From Podarcis tiliguerta (taxonomy: Eukaryota), in the NCBI GenBank assembly GCA_965153285.1, contig OZ229116.1: a stretch of DNA of 64,000 nt; one strand, given 5' to 3'. Of the stretch, positions 36,640 to 47,660 are shown in pieces. Positions within the stretch are counted from its first letter, which is position 1; every line of letters begins with the position of its first letter. Position numbers and translations under genes: made by a program. The notes under the pieces were generated by a model. It saw only the letters and a list, made by a program, of their open reading frames with translations, searched no databases and had not been told where the DNA came from.

Positions 36640-37550
36640 GTACTGTGACAACAAATGTAGGAAAATGTAGTTTTGTCAGAATGCCTAAGACCCTTTTACA
36701 GATGCCCAGCATGGAAGCTAGAAGTCCTTTGGGTCCTAGGACCAGGACCAGCATTGCGTAGTGGAGGAAGGGAGACTTCCAATAAGACAGGTAAGTGGAA
36801 TAGTGGCAGAGAGGAAGAGGTTTTTCTCCAGCTCACATTATAATTCAAGATGAAGAAGAGTTTATGGGGCCATAATGTTCACCTTGGATTGAAGTCATCA
36901 AGTTTCATATACCAAACCAGGCGATTATGACTTTGGGTGATATCTATACCAAGCATATCTAGGCTGGTGGTGCCTTGCAAAATGAAGTTCCTGATGACCA
37001 AAAGGAATCAAAGATTATAAAGACAGAATGAAGAAGTGGGTCAAAACTAACCAAGTGAATTTCTTATGCATTTAGGTAGGGAAAATCAGGTGCAGAACCA
37101 GAGGATGGATACACTTGGCTTCACAGCATTCATGTGAAAAGGATCTAGAGTTTTTAGTAGACCATAAGCTAAAACAATTCAGCATTGTGATGCAGCAGCA
37201 GCATCTGCTGCTGCTAAAAAGGCTAATGCAATTCTAGGTTTCATCAACAAAAATATTGTGCTCAGATCATGAGAAGGAATGGCATCACTCCATTCTGCTT
37301 TGGTCAGATTTCATCTAGAGTCTTGCGTCCAGTTCTAAAGCCATTTAAGAAGGACATTGACAAACTGGAATGAGTCCATAGGAAAATGTTGGGGGCAGGG
37401 GGGGGGGGGGGCTGGAGACCAAGAACTGTGAAGAAACTTGAAGGAGTTGGGTATGTTTACCCTGAAGAAGAAACAATTAAGAGATGATAATAATGAAGTT
37501 GGATTAGATGCCCTTTGTGGTCACTTCCGCTATGTGATTGAATGATTCTA
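36640..37550 (+). mobile_element. CR1 LINE remnant, internally deleted
   Basis: 37060-37490 matches the CR1 RT C-terminus (EKDL-like, KKANAILGFIN, SALVRFHLE-CVQF, FKKDIDKLE), followed by a 3'UTR TTGGATTAGATG...ATGATTCTA. The upstream pieces are weaker. Confidence 0.8.
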
Positions 37551-37779
37551 ACAAACTCTGTGTAACAGAATGGTTGACAGCATGCCACCACTGCGCCTCT
37601 GCTCCATTGTCTGATAAAACTGAGGAAATAAGCTAAGCATGCATAAACTACTGAAAAGACATATAAGAATATACATGAATGTCTCACTTTTCCTAAAGGA
37701 GTGGTTGCTTGCTTGATTTCACTGCAGCTGCTAAACAAACACGTGCTAAGCTTTTAGCTTAGTGTCACATCATACACTT

Positions 37780-37900
37780 TGCATGCAGAAGGGCTCAGGA
37801 TCAATTATTGGTCCGGATAGGGGGGAAGAAACCCATCTGAAGACCTGCTGCCAGTTAGTATAGACAATATAAAGCTAGATGGACCAAGGCAGTTTCCCAG
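37780..37900 (+). mobile_element. Degraded Squam2-like SINE
   Basis: TTGCATGCAGAAGG...CTGCTGCCAGT...TAGACAAT...GCTAGATGGACC matches the SINE at 27826. Confidence 0.55.
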
Positions 37901-40758
37901 GCTCCGCTGCTTGAATTATAGTATACAGTAGAAGAGAATAATAAGGTTCCATAGTCCTGATCCTATAAACTGGAGAACTTGTTTCCAATCTTAATTGACA
38001 GAGCAAGCAGCAGGACGCAGGGTTTAGTTCCTAACCATTTAGCCAATGCTCTCAAACCCCGCCTCCCGCCTCAGGCTTCTGGTCATGGTGGGTGGAAATA
38101 GACCTATACATGGAAGGCATAGACTAGAGCAAGAGAGTGAGATGCAGCGAGGCAGATGGGAACTAAGCAAGGAGTTGCTAAAGGAAGGAATTTTTCAGTT
38201 CCTGCCCAGGACAGTTCCCAGATGGATCCTGTTTCGTACTTCTTGACTTTTTCTCGGGCTTACATAGCCTGCCCATCTGCCCAGACCCAATAACCCACAG
38301 GCATATGTATAGTGCTAACTGTCATTAGGAATCGGTGCGGCCCCCCATCAGTTGTCTCCTGAGCTGTGCTCTACAAGTGAACAAATCAGCTCTGTTTAAC
38401 CGGAGCAGGGAAAGTGGTGCTGAGCTCATGCTAAAAGAGTATTAGCTGTTTCTTAATCTCAAGCCATACATCTTTGTGCAGACTGGCAGACCATATGCCC
38501 ATCACTGCCCCTGTGATGCACAAGAGATAGATGCCTGTCCATCCACCTCTGTCTTTCTTGCTTTGCCATTGTGCATCCTCCCCTCTCCGCCTGCTGTGGG
38601 ATGCTATGCCCTGGCACACAAAAAGAAAACTCTTTTGGCTAAAGACATGTTCAAGCATTCACCTGAACTTGCCCACAATTGAAACATTCTGAGGAAAACA
38701 GTAACCAAGGAAAAAGTGTTTGTATATAGGTGTTTAAAATTAAACAAAACCCCACTCTGTTTGGCATTTCTGTCCTCAGCTCTATAATCTGTATGGTTGC
38801 CAGCATAGCAATATAGAAAATCTTTCTCTTAACCTTGATAGGATGCTGAGGAAATTAAATGGATTGCGCCTGGGCTAGGACCTGTGGTTTAAATTCCAAC
38901 CCAGTCCTTCTCCTCCTGTGAACTTTGGGCATACCTGACAATGTTTCCTGGTTTAACAAGTCTACACACACTTCCATCAGATCGACCTGCTTTTCCTCAA
39001 ATTGAGCTACGTGAAAAGTTCCAGAAATCCTCCCAACAAGCAGTTGGAAGCTGTAATTTCCTCCTTTCCCTTCCTCTCCTTCCACTCACGTGACTTGTCC
39101 CTGCAAACAGAGAACAGTGTGATCATCGTGCAGAAAATGCACAATGAGATTGATGAAACCACAGTGGATTTGCTCTCATGCCCCACCACGCTGTAGAACA
39201 GGCAAAGGGAACCTGTGTTCTTTGGACCAGGCCAGTAAGACCAGGGGTCCAGGACGATGGGAGCTGTAGGCACCAAAATCTCTTTACCACATTGGTGCTT
39301 TACTTTAAAACGTTTAAATCAAATCAAAACCTCCCTGCACCCTCTTCATGTACTTTTGGGCATCCTATCCCTTTCAGATGTCAGAAAACCTATGTGGTGA
39401 TATTCCCAGAAAAGTCCGACCAGCATCTAATTTCTCCCTAGTCTTTTTTTGCCAACAGTTTGTTGTCTTTCCTCTTATCTGTCTTCCTGAAATTCACACT
39501 CCCATTAGCCAGACAGATAACAGTAGTTACGGTCAATATAGTCAGTGAGCAAGAGAAAAAGTGAAATCTGTCTTTAGAGGCTAAAGGCGAAGGGAGGCTT
39601 ATATCAGGGCTCTTTTTAACTTGAGCCATGATTGTCATCTGTCAGCAGGGTGGATAATTCTGAGTAGAACAGGCTTAGTGGTGATAAGAGAGACCCTGCA
39701 TGAAACTAGGTTGCTATCTCTCCCCCCCCCGCCCCCTTTTTTAAAAATAGCAACTGTTTCGGCAGCCTGCCATCCCTAAAAATGACACGGAGTACATCTA
39801 AAAGCAAGCTGGCTTGTCAAACATGGCTTTCACTTTACATTAGGAACCAAGTGATCCTCAAAAATATGTTTGTCTGTCATCTCATATCCTGTTTGCTTCA
39901 TGCCAGTGTGTAGCATAATTGTATTCCTCCCCCTTCCCACCCCTCCTCTTTGTTGTTCCTTTCCAGCTAGTATCTAATGGACTATATGATCTACATGCAT
40001 GATACAGTTGATTAACTGTTGGTGCTTGCAAAGACTCCCATCACGTAGCGGTCCCAGCATAGTTGGCTTTAAGTGATATAAATACTGACAATTATTTATT
40101 TCAGATTGCTCCAATGAATCAAATATAAAATGGGATATTTAGCAACCTGCAAACAGAAGCACTTTTTCTTCAAAGGCAGGCCGGGGTTTTTTTGAACACA
40201 TTGTTCATTTATAGCGAGCTTCACTTTTGCTAGGCGTCATTCCATTCTGCCGGTCTGGTCGAAGAGGCCTCTGTTTGTTTGCACATTTTTATTGAGTTTT
40301 TTTTTTGGGGGGGGGGTTAGTTTTGCATGTAAAGTAAAGGTTTGGCTCTTACAGTGAATTGCGTCTGTGAAAATGGCATCCACAGCATCTCTGTGTGAAT
40401 TAGTTTATTTTTGTTTTAATGGAAAGGTTGGGGGCATGGGAATTTACGTTTGGCCCCCAGACACAAGGTACAGGGATGACAACGCGCGCGCACAAGTGAC
40501 TGACTTTGCAGTCATGTCATAATAGTTTCACTGTAATTAAATATTTGTGCATTGATGGTTACACTGTGATAAATAATATAATAAATTATTGAGAACTATA
40601 TTCCCGTTTCTATAGTGGAGGGAGAGGGGAAAAAAGCCATTATATATAGTTAACATAATGGGGCTGGGGATCAAGGGTAAAGATAGAAATTTTGGTGTTT
40701 ATGTTACAAAATTATTCTTAAACAACCCATTTAAGTCTTTCTAAGTTGTTTTAGTCTT

Positions 40759-41562
40759 NNNNNNNNNNNNNNNNNNNNNNNNNNNNNNNNNNNNNNNNNN
40801 NNNNNNNNNNNNNNNNNNNNNNNNNNNNNNNNNNNNNNNNNNNNNNNNNNNNNNNNNNNNNNNNNNNNNNNNNNNNNNNNNNNNNNNNNNNNNNNNNNNN
40901 NNNNNNNNNNNNNNNNNNNNNNNNNNNNNNNNNNNNNNNNNNNNNNNNNNNNNNNNNNNNNNNNNNNNNNNNNNNNNNNNNNNNNNNNNNNNNNNNNNNN
41001 NNNNNNNNNNNNNNNNNNNNNNNNNNNNNNNNNNNNNNNNNNNNNNNNNNNNNNNNNNNNNNNNNNNNNNNNNNNNNNNNNNNNNNNNNNNNNNNNNNNN
41101 NNNNNNNNNNNNNNNNNNNNNNNNNNNNNNNNNNNNNNNNNNNNNNNNNNNNNNNNNNNNNNNNNNNNNNNNNNNNNNNNNNNNNNNNNNNNNNNNNNNN
41201 NNNNNNNNNNNNNNNNNNNNNNNNNNNNNNNNNNNNNNNNNNNNNNNNNNNNNNNNNNNNNNNNNNNNNNNNNNNNNNNNNNNNNNNNNNNNNNNNNNNN
41301 NNNNNNNNNNNNNNNNNNNNNNNNNNNNNNNNNNNNNNNNNNNNNNNNNNNNNNNNNNNNNNNNNNNNNNNNNNNNNNNNNNNNNNNNNNNNNNNNNNNN
41401 NNNNNNNNNNNNNNNNNNAAGCTGAGCTGANNNNNNNNNNNNNNNNNNNNNNNNNNNNNNNNNNNNNNNNNNNNNNNNNNNNNNNNNNNNNNNNNNNNNN
41501 NNNNNNNNNNNNNNNNNNNNNNNNNNNNNNNNNNNNNNNNNNNNNNNNNNNNNNNNNNNNNN
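40759..41562. other. Two N-runs separated by a 12-nt island (41419-41430)
   Basis: Runs of N around AAGCTGAGCTGA. Confidence 1.
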
Positions 41563-42193
41563 AGTTAGTCATTGGATTGTTAAATATTCATTGTAACTTC
41601 AGTGTTATAGCAGAGCTGTGTCTATACTGAGTACAGACCAGTGAAATCTGTCACAGAGCCCTTAATCTCTCCTGTCACATTTTAATTGACTTCCTGTAGG
41701 TAAAGATTACTTCATGGAAAGTTTGTTCAGGAATTTTGATATCATCCAGAACAGATTCGCTTTCATTTCAGAACACTGTAATGCCATTTTTCTCCTTTCA
41801 ATAAGCTTTTGAAAAGATTAGCTGCTGAAAAGCATAATGTAAGGGAATGTTCTGAAATGGGGCCAAAAGAACATGCAAGGGCCTGTATGTTTAAGTGCCA
41901 TTTCACTCCACTTCCCAAGTTGCTACTGTGTCGCCATTTCCAACTGCTGCTTTGAACAGGTTGGTGTAGCAGCAGAATTGCAAAATGTGGTTAGATGCTG
42001 AATGGAACTGGAATGCACAATATTTATTCATAAATATTTTAGTTGATAATAGCTCTTGGTTTATGTACAGTTGGTATGGGGAAAAAATGAAATATATGTA
42101 CACACATACATGTGGATGAACAGGATACTGTACTGATGCCTCCACAACAACCCAACAATTTTAATATCTAATGTTTATTGTAAGGGTCAACTG

Positions 42194-42211
42194 TGACCAG
42201 CAGAGGGCACC
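42194..42211 (+). promoter_or_regulatory. Candidate CTCF site
   Basis: TGACCAGCAGAGGGCACC is a close match to the CTCF core CCASYAGRKGGCRS. Confidence 0.5.
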
Positions 42212-42314
42212 TTTAAGTTATGCTAAACCTTGTGTTGGTCTGCAGTGATTTTTAGAAACAAACTTATGGGAGTTGGAACTTTTCAGTCTGATGGCTCATC
42301 TCTTTCCACTTTTA

Positions 42315-42350
42315 TACTACTACTACTACTACTAATAATAATAATAATAA
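42315..42350. repeat. Compound (TAC)n(TAA)n microsatellite
   Basis: Direct reading. Confidence 0.9.
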
Positions 42351-43242
42351 ATAATAGTAATACTAGTAATGTTGAAGTTATAATTGCAAAATGTACCTTT
42401 ATTTTTTATTTCTAAAATGTTTAGAAAGAATGTAAAAATGATAGTGGCTTTCACACTTTAAAAGAAGAGCATGCAGCAACATATTTAAAAGTACTTTACC
42501 ATTATATTTACATATTTTATCTTCGTGCTGTAGATAATCACCTATCTACTTATAGAATAGCTTAGGTGTTCATTACTGATAATTAGAGTGTTTGGAATCA
42601 ATTTATGCTTGTTTTCGAAATCAGTCCTCCAAGCGCTGGAGTGAAAATAATCAGCGAAAACAAAAGTAGTTAGCACAGTGTGCAATGAATAATACTCAGG
42701 TTCAAGATGCACAGATTTTAAAGAGTGGTAGATTCCAAGACACAGGACAGCAGACTTTATGGATTTTTATTTTTATTTTGGCTTATCTAATATAAGGGGA
42801 TTGCAGGCATGGCTCTAATAGCAAGCTGGAATTTGATTCAGTCTTAGCACTATTTTCTTCTGTGACAGAGTATCATCCTTGCTTTGTTCAATCCTTATAT
42901 ACAGAAACTAATCTGAAGATCATTAGAGCTCAGAATTTTAAAAAAAATAATGTTAGTGAAAAGACAGGTTTGTCTGTTACAGCAAACCATTGTTTTAAAT
43001 TATATGACCTCGTTCTGGGCTTTTGCACTCCCTTTCCTCTTGAACAGTCAGGCTCCTTCCTGGTGTGTCAGCCAGCCATGGTTTGCACTTGCCCTGTGAT
43101 TGCACTACTTCTGTGATTCTGTAATGGCAAGCTATAGTTTGTTTAAAGCTAGGAAGTAAGTGGTCTAGGTCTTGGGAGATGGGCATCTGTGAACATAGGG
43201 CCCGAAAGCATTGCTTGATGTTGTGTGCCAACTGACACATGT

Positions 43243-43284
43243 AAATCACACATACTATTCTTCAAATCACACATACTATTCTTC
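43243..43284. repeat. Perfect 21-bp tandem duplication
   Basis: AAATCACACATACTATTCTTC x2. Confidence 0.95.
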
Positions 43285-43966
43285 TTTATTTTCAAATAAA
43301 AGAGAGCGCCTCTTAATTTCAAGTGATCTGTGGAGGATTTCCAAGTGGATCTCTGCCCTGAACGTGTGTGAGTATCTAGGATCCTACAGAAAACTCTCCC
43401 GTTCAAGTTGGACAAAAATGTCTGCTTCTGTGCAGGAGGGCTAATACTTTTCTGTGAGCAGAATCAATATTTATGTGTTCGCTTCTAAAGCAGTCGAAAC
43501 TTCATAATGCCAACTCTCAAACTGTGTTGTATTATTAATTTGTCGTAAGTGCTTTGAGCATTGCAGCCCATATGAGGTCTGTGGTGGCCATTGTACAATC
43601 TGAATTCTGCAAAAGGAAAAAAAAATATGATGAAGGGTGTGGGGCACGCGCGCGATATGTGTGTTCAAATACCAAAACAAGAGAAATTAATTTATTTGCT
43701 TGAGGACACAGAGCAATTGACTACTCTTGAAATAAGTATTCCACCATTTCATAGTCAGAATAAATTTTAGAAGGAGATATAATAATATATATCTAATGGT
43801 AGGCATGTAGCAGCCCCCATGAGTGCCTTTGGATCACATGGGATTTCTGGGGTTGTGGTTGGGCTAGATTCCATTTGTGTGACTGTAGTTCACTCAGCAC
43901 TACTGCTGTGAATCCTGCTGTTGTGGGCCTGGCTGTGAGCAATAATTTTCACAATAAGTGGGGCAT

Positions 43967-43970
<4 letters not shown>

Positions 43971-44013
<43 letters not shown>
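43971..44013. repeat. (AG)n microsatellite
   Basis: About 21 AG units. Confidence 0.95.
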
Positions 44014-44016
<3 letters not shown>

Positions 44017-45049
44017 GCTACCACCATGCCACTGAGCAGGCTGGTGTTTGTGCAGGGCTGCTCGATGTCCTACCTAATAAACGTCTTTCCATTTTATTTG
44101 AAAAGTTTTGAGAAGTGGTTGGTTGTTAGAATTCAGCGCCGATGCAGCCTATTTAAAACATTTATGGAGGCACGACAAGAAGTGTAGCGTATGAGTTACG
44201 CAAATGTTATAAGTTATTGCACTTGTAGATTTCATACCCGGCCTTCTCAATGAGATGTTGTACAAGAACGGCTGGAAGGTATTTGAAATGAAAAGCGGGA
44301 AAATGTTTGTGCAGTTGTAGCTACCAATGTTTAGTCAGATAATCAGTTTGATTAATGTTTATTTGTACTCCATATTTCATTCAAGAGTGCCGCCAAAGCA
44401 GTTGGCAGTGAAGGTCCAATGTAGCAGAAATGAGACATGATGAAACTGTGACAGCACAGTACTGTTTTAATAGTTGAAAACACCCCCCTCCCCAAAGAGT
44501 CCCATCTAACTTTCCCCAGTAGCCTTTGCTTAACTTCCTACGCTCACTTAAATGGTTAGCACACCCAGGCAACTAAAAGCCCAAGCATGATACTTGAGTA
44601 CAAACCAGCAAGAGTTCATGCCTGGAGCTCAGCTCCACCCGCAAAGAGACCACCCCTTTGCTCATCTCAGAGAGTTCCATGTGGTAGAGGGTTGTCCTTC
44701 CCTTGGCCATGAGCCTGGCTGCTCGTTCTTACTCCAAGCAGCAGATGGACAGGGTGGCAATAGGTCTTACCCATGTTCCAGATGATGGTTTCTCCAATTA
44801 AGAAAGCAACAATGTAGAAAAATGTTAATTACTTTTAACAGAAATACTTAACAAAAACTGCTGCTGGTATCTGTTACTTTCCCCCATTTCCCCTTTGGCC
44901 AAAGGATGAGGTACGGACATTTTAAATAAACAATAAAGAAGGCAGACAGTCACTCACTTTTAAGATGCAGTAAAAGCAAAGGCAGCCGTGCAGGAAAAAG
45001 GAACCCACAGTTAGGGTTTAATAAGGAAAAAGGAACCCACAGTTATTTA

Positions 45050-45327
45050 GAGAGCCAGTTTGGTCAAGAGTGGTATTCTTGTAATCTGGGGAACCGGGTT
45101 CGCGTCTCCGCTCCTCCACATGCAGCTGCTGGGTGACCTTGGGCCAGTCACATTTCTTTGAAGTCTCTCAGCCCCACTCACCTCACAGAGTGTTTGTTGT
45201 GGGGGAGGAAGGGAAAGGAGAATGTTAGCTGCTTTGAGACTCCTTAAAGGGAGTGAAAGGCGGGATATCAAATCCAAACTCCTCCACCTCCTCTTCTTCT
45301 TCTTCTTCTTCTTCTTCTTCTTCTTCT
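45050..45327 (+). mobile_element. Squam3-type SINE (lacertid subfamily) with (TTC)n tail
   Basis: GAGAGCCAG head, GGAACCGGGTTCGCGTCTCC B-box region, CTGGGTGACCTTGGGCCAGTCAC core, and GATATCAAATCCAAACTC followed by a (CTT)n tail. Confidence 0.88.
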
Positions 45328-45331
45328 AAAG

Positions 45332-45474
45332 CATAGAATCATAGAATTGTAGAGTTGGAAGGGATCACAAGGGTCATCTGGACCAACCCCCTGAAATGCA
45401 GGAATCTTTTGCCCAGCATGGGGTTTGAACCCTCAACTAAGAGTCTCATGCTCTACTGACTGAGATACCAAGGC
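45332..45474 (-). mobile_element. tRNA-Lys-derived SINE with CR1-like 3' tail
   Basis: The reverse complement has a tRNA-Lys-like head, CTCAGTCAGTAGAGCATGAGACTCTTA...GGGTTCAAACCCCATGCTGGGC. It is followed by ...CCCTTCCAACTCTACAATTCTATGATTCTATG, the CR1 octamer tail. Confidence 0.8.
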
Positions 45475-46213
45475 AGATATTCCCTTCCATTTAGCCAAAA
45501 AAGCTCCCGGAGCAACTTACAAAAACCAGCAGTCAGATTGTTTTTCTTACTGTTATGCCACACAAGTAAAATCGGATGCTTGGGCATAGTGTTGGGACGG
45601 ACGGGACACCAGGTGCCCCCACATCAGCTCCCTCATTGGAGCCTGGCTCCAGCATGTAAGGGAGCTGCCCCGAGCCCAGTGGCCGCTCTGCTTTGGGATC
45701 AGCTCCACCATTGAGTGGATGGGAGGGAGGTGGGGTAAGATCAAGCTCCGTACCCGTTCTTAGCATCAGCCAGAATCCTCATAGACGTAACTTGTCTCTG
45801 GGAAAATGTCTCTGCCCGCCTGTTGCAATGTGGAAACGGAGCATATGACAATCTCTGGACCAAGAAGACAGGAATGCAAGAGTATAGCAGTTGCTATCTT
45901 CAGAGGAGGGGGCTTGATGGAGTTACCCTCCTCCCTTGCTGATGTCAGAGGTGCTTCTGGCTGACTTGACCTTGGCAGCTCCTCTCTGGAAATACTCTCC
46001 TCCCCAGTTCAGATCTGGGAGCAGAGCAGGTGACAGTGTCCAGGTTAGGAGCACAGGGCTACTTCATCTGGCTAAAAATTACGCAGAGCCGCGGGTGGAT
46101 GATAACCATGGAAGAATACAAACATTAGATTGAATGTTGCAGCCATGAGGTGGCTATTTAGTTTCAAGGCAAAGATTGCAGACAGATTGAATTAGCTTCT
46201 TCTAGCATTGATG

Positions 46214-46340
46214 TAAGAACACAAGATCAGGCCAATCTAGTCCGGACTAGGAAGCCTGCAAGCAGGACCCAAAAGCAAGGGAACTCTCCCCTCCTGTGTT
46301 TGCAAGCAACTGATACCCAGAACTGCCCCGACTGTGAAAT
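46214..46340 (-). mobile_element. CR1 3'UTR fragment
   Basis: Reverse-complement similarity to 47440-47655 (GATCAGGCC, CTAGTCC, AAGCAGGACC, GCAACTGATAC). Confidence 0.55.
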
Positions 46341-47429
46341 CAAGTCACGCCTAGGATTTAAGAAAAAAGAAGTAATGGCCGATCTCCATTTTTGAATTTT
46401 TTATTTACCCCATTTTACTGCCTCATGGCCCAATGCTGCAGCTAACACAACAGTGCTTTCATTTCCACTCCTCCTCCTGTGCACCCCCAAAATCCGCTTC
46501 AGAGCTCCTCCAACCCTCTGGAGCAGATTTTGAGGATGTGGAGGGGACCAGAGAGCAAGAGGAAAGTTGGAGGCCCACAGGTTGGCCACCTCTAGGATTG
46601 TAAAGACTAAGAAATTGAGAGCTTGCTCACTATTTGCAGCATTTTGGTTGGGCCTAAGAAAGGTATTGCTCAGCTGTGGATTTTGGAATGTTTTAAGAGC
46701 GTGGCTTCTGTGAAGCATACGTACATATATCGCCTTAATACAAAGAAAGTATGCTTTTTCTTCAAAACTATTTATATGTAGATTTAATCAGTTAATCAAT
46801 CAATTAAAACCTATATGGCTAAGCAACTTTGATTTTGTCACTCAGCCAGCAGCACTAATCTAAACAGAAACCATGGCACCGCTGAAAGGATTCGAGTCCT
46901 AGGGCATTACCATACTTTCCATTTAGAGTGGTATAGTTCCTTGGTTTTTGTTTTTGGTATGCTGTCACACAATGTCATCCTTATTATTCAGCTAGTGTTC
47001 TGGAATTGTGTACAAATCCAGATACACCATTTGTGGAGAATATGAAATATATCCTTCTAATTTCTGCTTTCACAATGTCATTGTTTTGCAATATAATCTT
47101 TCTTGCAGTTATGATGCTTCTTCTCATAAAGAGCCCAGAAAGGTTTGTGGTGAAGTCACCACATCTGTTGAAATGTGGGGTTCGCTGAATGAGTACCAAA
47201 GGAATGTCCTATCCTGCGTTATGATGGCATGATATACTTGGTGTGTCTGTGGATCCAGAAAGCTCTTCAGACTGCACAAAGTGGTTCTGCATTTATAGAA
47301 ACAGGCAGTAACCATGAGTTTGGGAGCAAACTACCTGTAAAGCTCAAAACTGCATATTAGGGTAGGCTTTAGCTACATTCTCTCAGTTTATGTGTACTCG
47401 TGTATATGCTGTACAAAGACAGAAAGCTC

Positions 47430-47660
47430 ATTAGAATGGTTCATAAAAAATGGCCACTAGCCATGATGGCTGTGTACTACCTCTAATGTTGGTGGCAGTA
47501 AGCCTTTGTATACCCGTTGCTAGGAATGGCAGGTGGGGTTGCACTCTGGTCCTGCTTGTGGGCTTCCCATAAGCATCTGGTTGGCCACTGTGAAAACAAG
47601 ATGCCAGAGTAGATGTACCTTTGATCTGCTCCAGCAGAGCTCTTTTCACGCTCATTTTAT
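47430..47660 (+). mobile_element. CR1 3'UTR fragment (squamate type)
   Basis: TAGCCATGATGGCT...GGTCCTGCTTGTGGGCTTCCCA...CATCTGGTTGGCCACTGTGA...CTCCAGCAGAGCTCTT is recalled as a squamate CR1 3' end. Confidence 0.65.

Noticed and set aside
37391-37412. G-run as a functional G-quadruplex
   Set aside because: A homopolymer expansion inside a decayed CR1. Similar C/G runs are scattered through the window.
45400-45474. tRNA-Lys gene
   Set aside because: The anticodon/variable region is deleted, the stems are mismatched and it is fused to a CR1-type tail, so it is a SINE head.
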